Assembly (NCBI GenBank): GCA_902806415.1
Contig: CADCWN010000167.1
Span: 1-63,975 of the forward strand
DNA length: 63,975 nucleotides
Reading direction: 5' to 3'
Origin: an uncultured Thermomicrobiales bacterium
GTDB lineage: Bacteria > Chloroflexota > Chloroflexia > Thermomicrobiales > CADCWN01
In this document: positions 63,335 to 63,975 of the stretch, one piece after another
Layout: the number at the start of each line of letters is the position of its first letter
Numbering within the stretch: the stretch's first letter is position 1
The notes under the pieces: generated by a model
What the model saw: only the letters and a program-made list of their open reading frames with translations
What the model was told of the DNA's origin: nothing
The model's database searches: none
Made by a program: the position numbers and the translations under genes

Positions 63335-63452
63335 GCAGTCGGCAGTCCGTGGTCCGTAGTCCGTAGAATCTGCTTGCGAGGCATCGCGCTGGCGGCAAAC
63401 GCTGGAGCAGCAGCGAGGCTCTACGGACTACGGACCACGGACTGCCGACTGC
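63335..63452 (+). repeat. perfect 33-bp hairpin built from GTCCGTA/GTCCGTG/GCAGTCG-type heptamers
   Basis: 63335..63367 pairs without a mismatch with 63420..63452 (checked base by base), with a 52-nt loop. It starts 4 nt after stop TAG (63329..63331) and ends 22 nt before the next ATG (63475). Confidence 0.95.
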
Positions 63453-63474
63453 CCCGCTGCCCCCGGAGGTACCG

Positions 63475-63975
63475 ATGGTCACGATGGCCGACCCGCGCGA
63501 TGCAACAATTCCACAGCGCAACGATGTAGACCGGCTCTATCTGACTTGCACGCTGGTCGGCACGCGCTATCTCATCCCCACCGGGATGGTGCGCGAGGTG
63601 GAGGAGGTTGGCGCGATCACGCCGGTCCCCGCGACCGTCCCCTGGCTGCGCGGGGTGATGAATCTGCGCGGCACGATCGTCCCGATTGTTGACTTGGCGT
63701 ATTTTCTCGGTCTCGCCGCCGCGCCGAGCAGCGGCGGCGAGGCCCTGATCTGCACCACCGGTGATGCAGCGCGCGAGAGCGGTGACGACCAGCTGATCGC
63801 CCTCGCGGTTGACGGGGTGAGCAACATCCGCTCCTTCAGCGCGTCCGAAATCCTGTCGCTGCCGGAGGGTCAGCAGCCCGGCGGTGGCGCGCGCTACTGG
63901 GCTGGCTTCTATCGGACCCCGCCGCGCGAGGGCGTCGCGGCGGAGCTGCTCGGGGTGCTCGACCTCGGTGCCTTA
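63475..63975 (+). CDS. CheW-like coupling protein (PilI-type), partial at the window end
   Basis: Not in the ORF track (open at the window end). ATG 63475 follows GGAGG. My translation is MVTMADPRD...RYLIPTGMVREVEEVGAITPVPATVPWLRGVMNLRGTIVPIVDLAYFLGL..., the classic CheW core. It stays in frame to nt 63975. Confidence 0.8.
   Translation, partial: MVTMADPRDATIPQRNDVDRLYLTCTLVGTRYLIPTGMVREVEEVGAITPVPATVPWLRGVMNLRGTIVPIVDLAYFLGLAAAPSSGGEALICTTGDAARESGDDQLIALAVDGVSNIRSFSASEILSLPEGQQPGGGARYWAGFYRTPPREGVAAELLGVLDLGAL

Overview
High-G+C bacterial chromosomal segment. The gene content and repeat style look Chloroflexota-like to me, but that is inference from memory and was not computed. I can support about 60 protein-coding genes, almost all housekeeping or metabolic. 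They include a sortase, an enolase-superfamily enzyme, two Gfo/Idh/MocA oxidoreductases and several glycan genes (three GT-C-type membrane proteins, GT2, WbaP-type phosphotransferase, GalE-like epimerase). Also present are hisC, moaC, an S9 peptidase, an FKBP, a DEAD-box helicase/infA/zinc-ribbon trio and a membrane MutS-like ATPase with a methyltransferase. A tRNA-Sec gene (selC), missed by any ORF track, lies at 27992..28083. A minus-strand catabolic-looking cluster holds two amidohydrolase paralogs, an alpha/beta hydrolase, a Rieske protein, an Rdx-like protein and an LLM oxidoreductase. The rest includes a PduO-type adenosyltransferase, fabI, a rhodanese, M20 peptidases, mutY, a ycf45-like R3H ATPase, tmk, a darA-like gene and a TrmH methyltransferase. 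The right edge is the start of a PilG/PilH/CheW-type chemosensory operon. I see no CRISPR array, prophage, integron or recognisable defence island. The most unusual signal is non-coding. It is a dense family (12 or more loci) of hairpin elements anchored to gene ends, whose stems are built from tandem heptanucleotide arrays. The heptamer differs between loci but the architecture is constant. Most start at or within a few nt of a stop codon. One sits in frame inside a glycosyltransferase gene, two supply possible N-termini, and two supply the last codons plus the stop of unrelated genes. In two loci the G-U wobble pairs only work in the sense-strand RNA. Other notable items are a perfect 39-bp inverted repeat with nested palindromes, a CCCCTCTCC/GGAGAGGGG hairpin family, and four apparent frameshifts (one at a C6 run) that may be pseudogenes or assembly indels.
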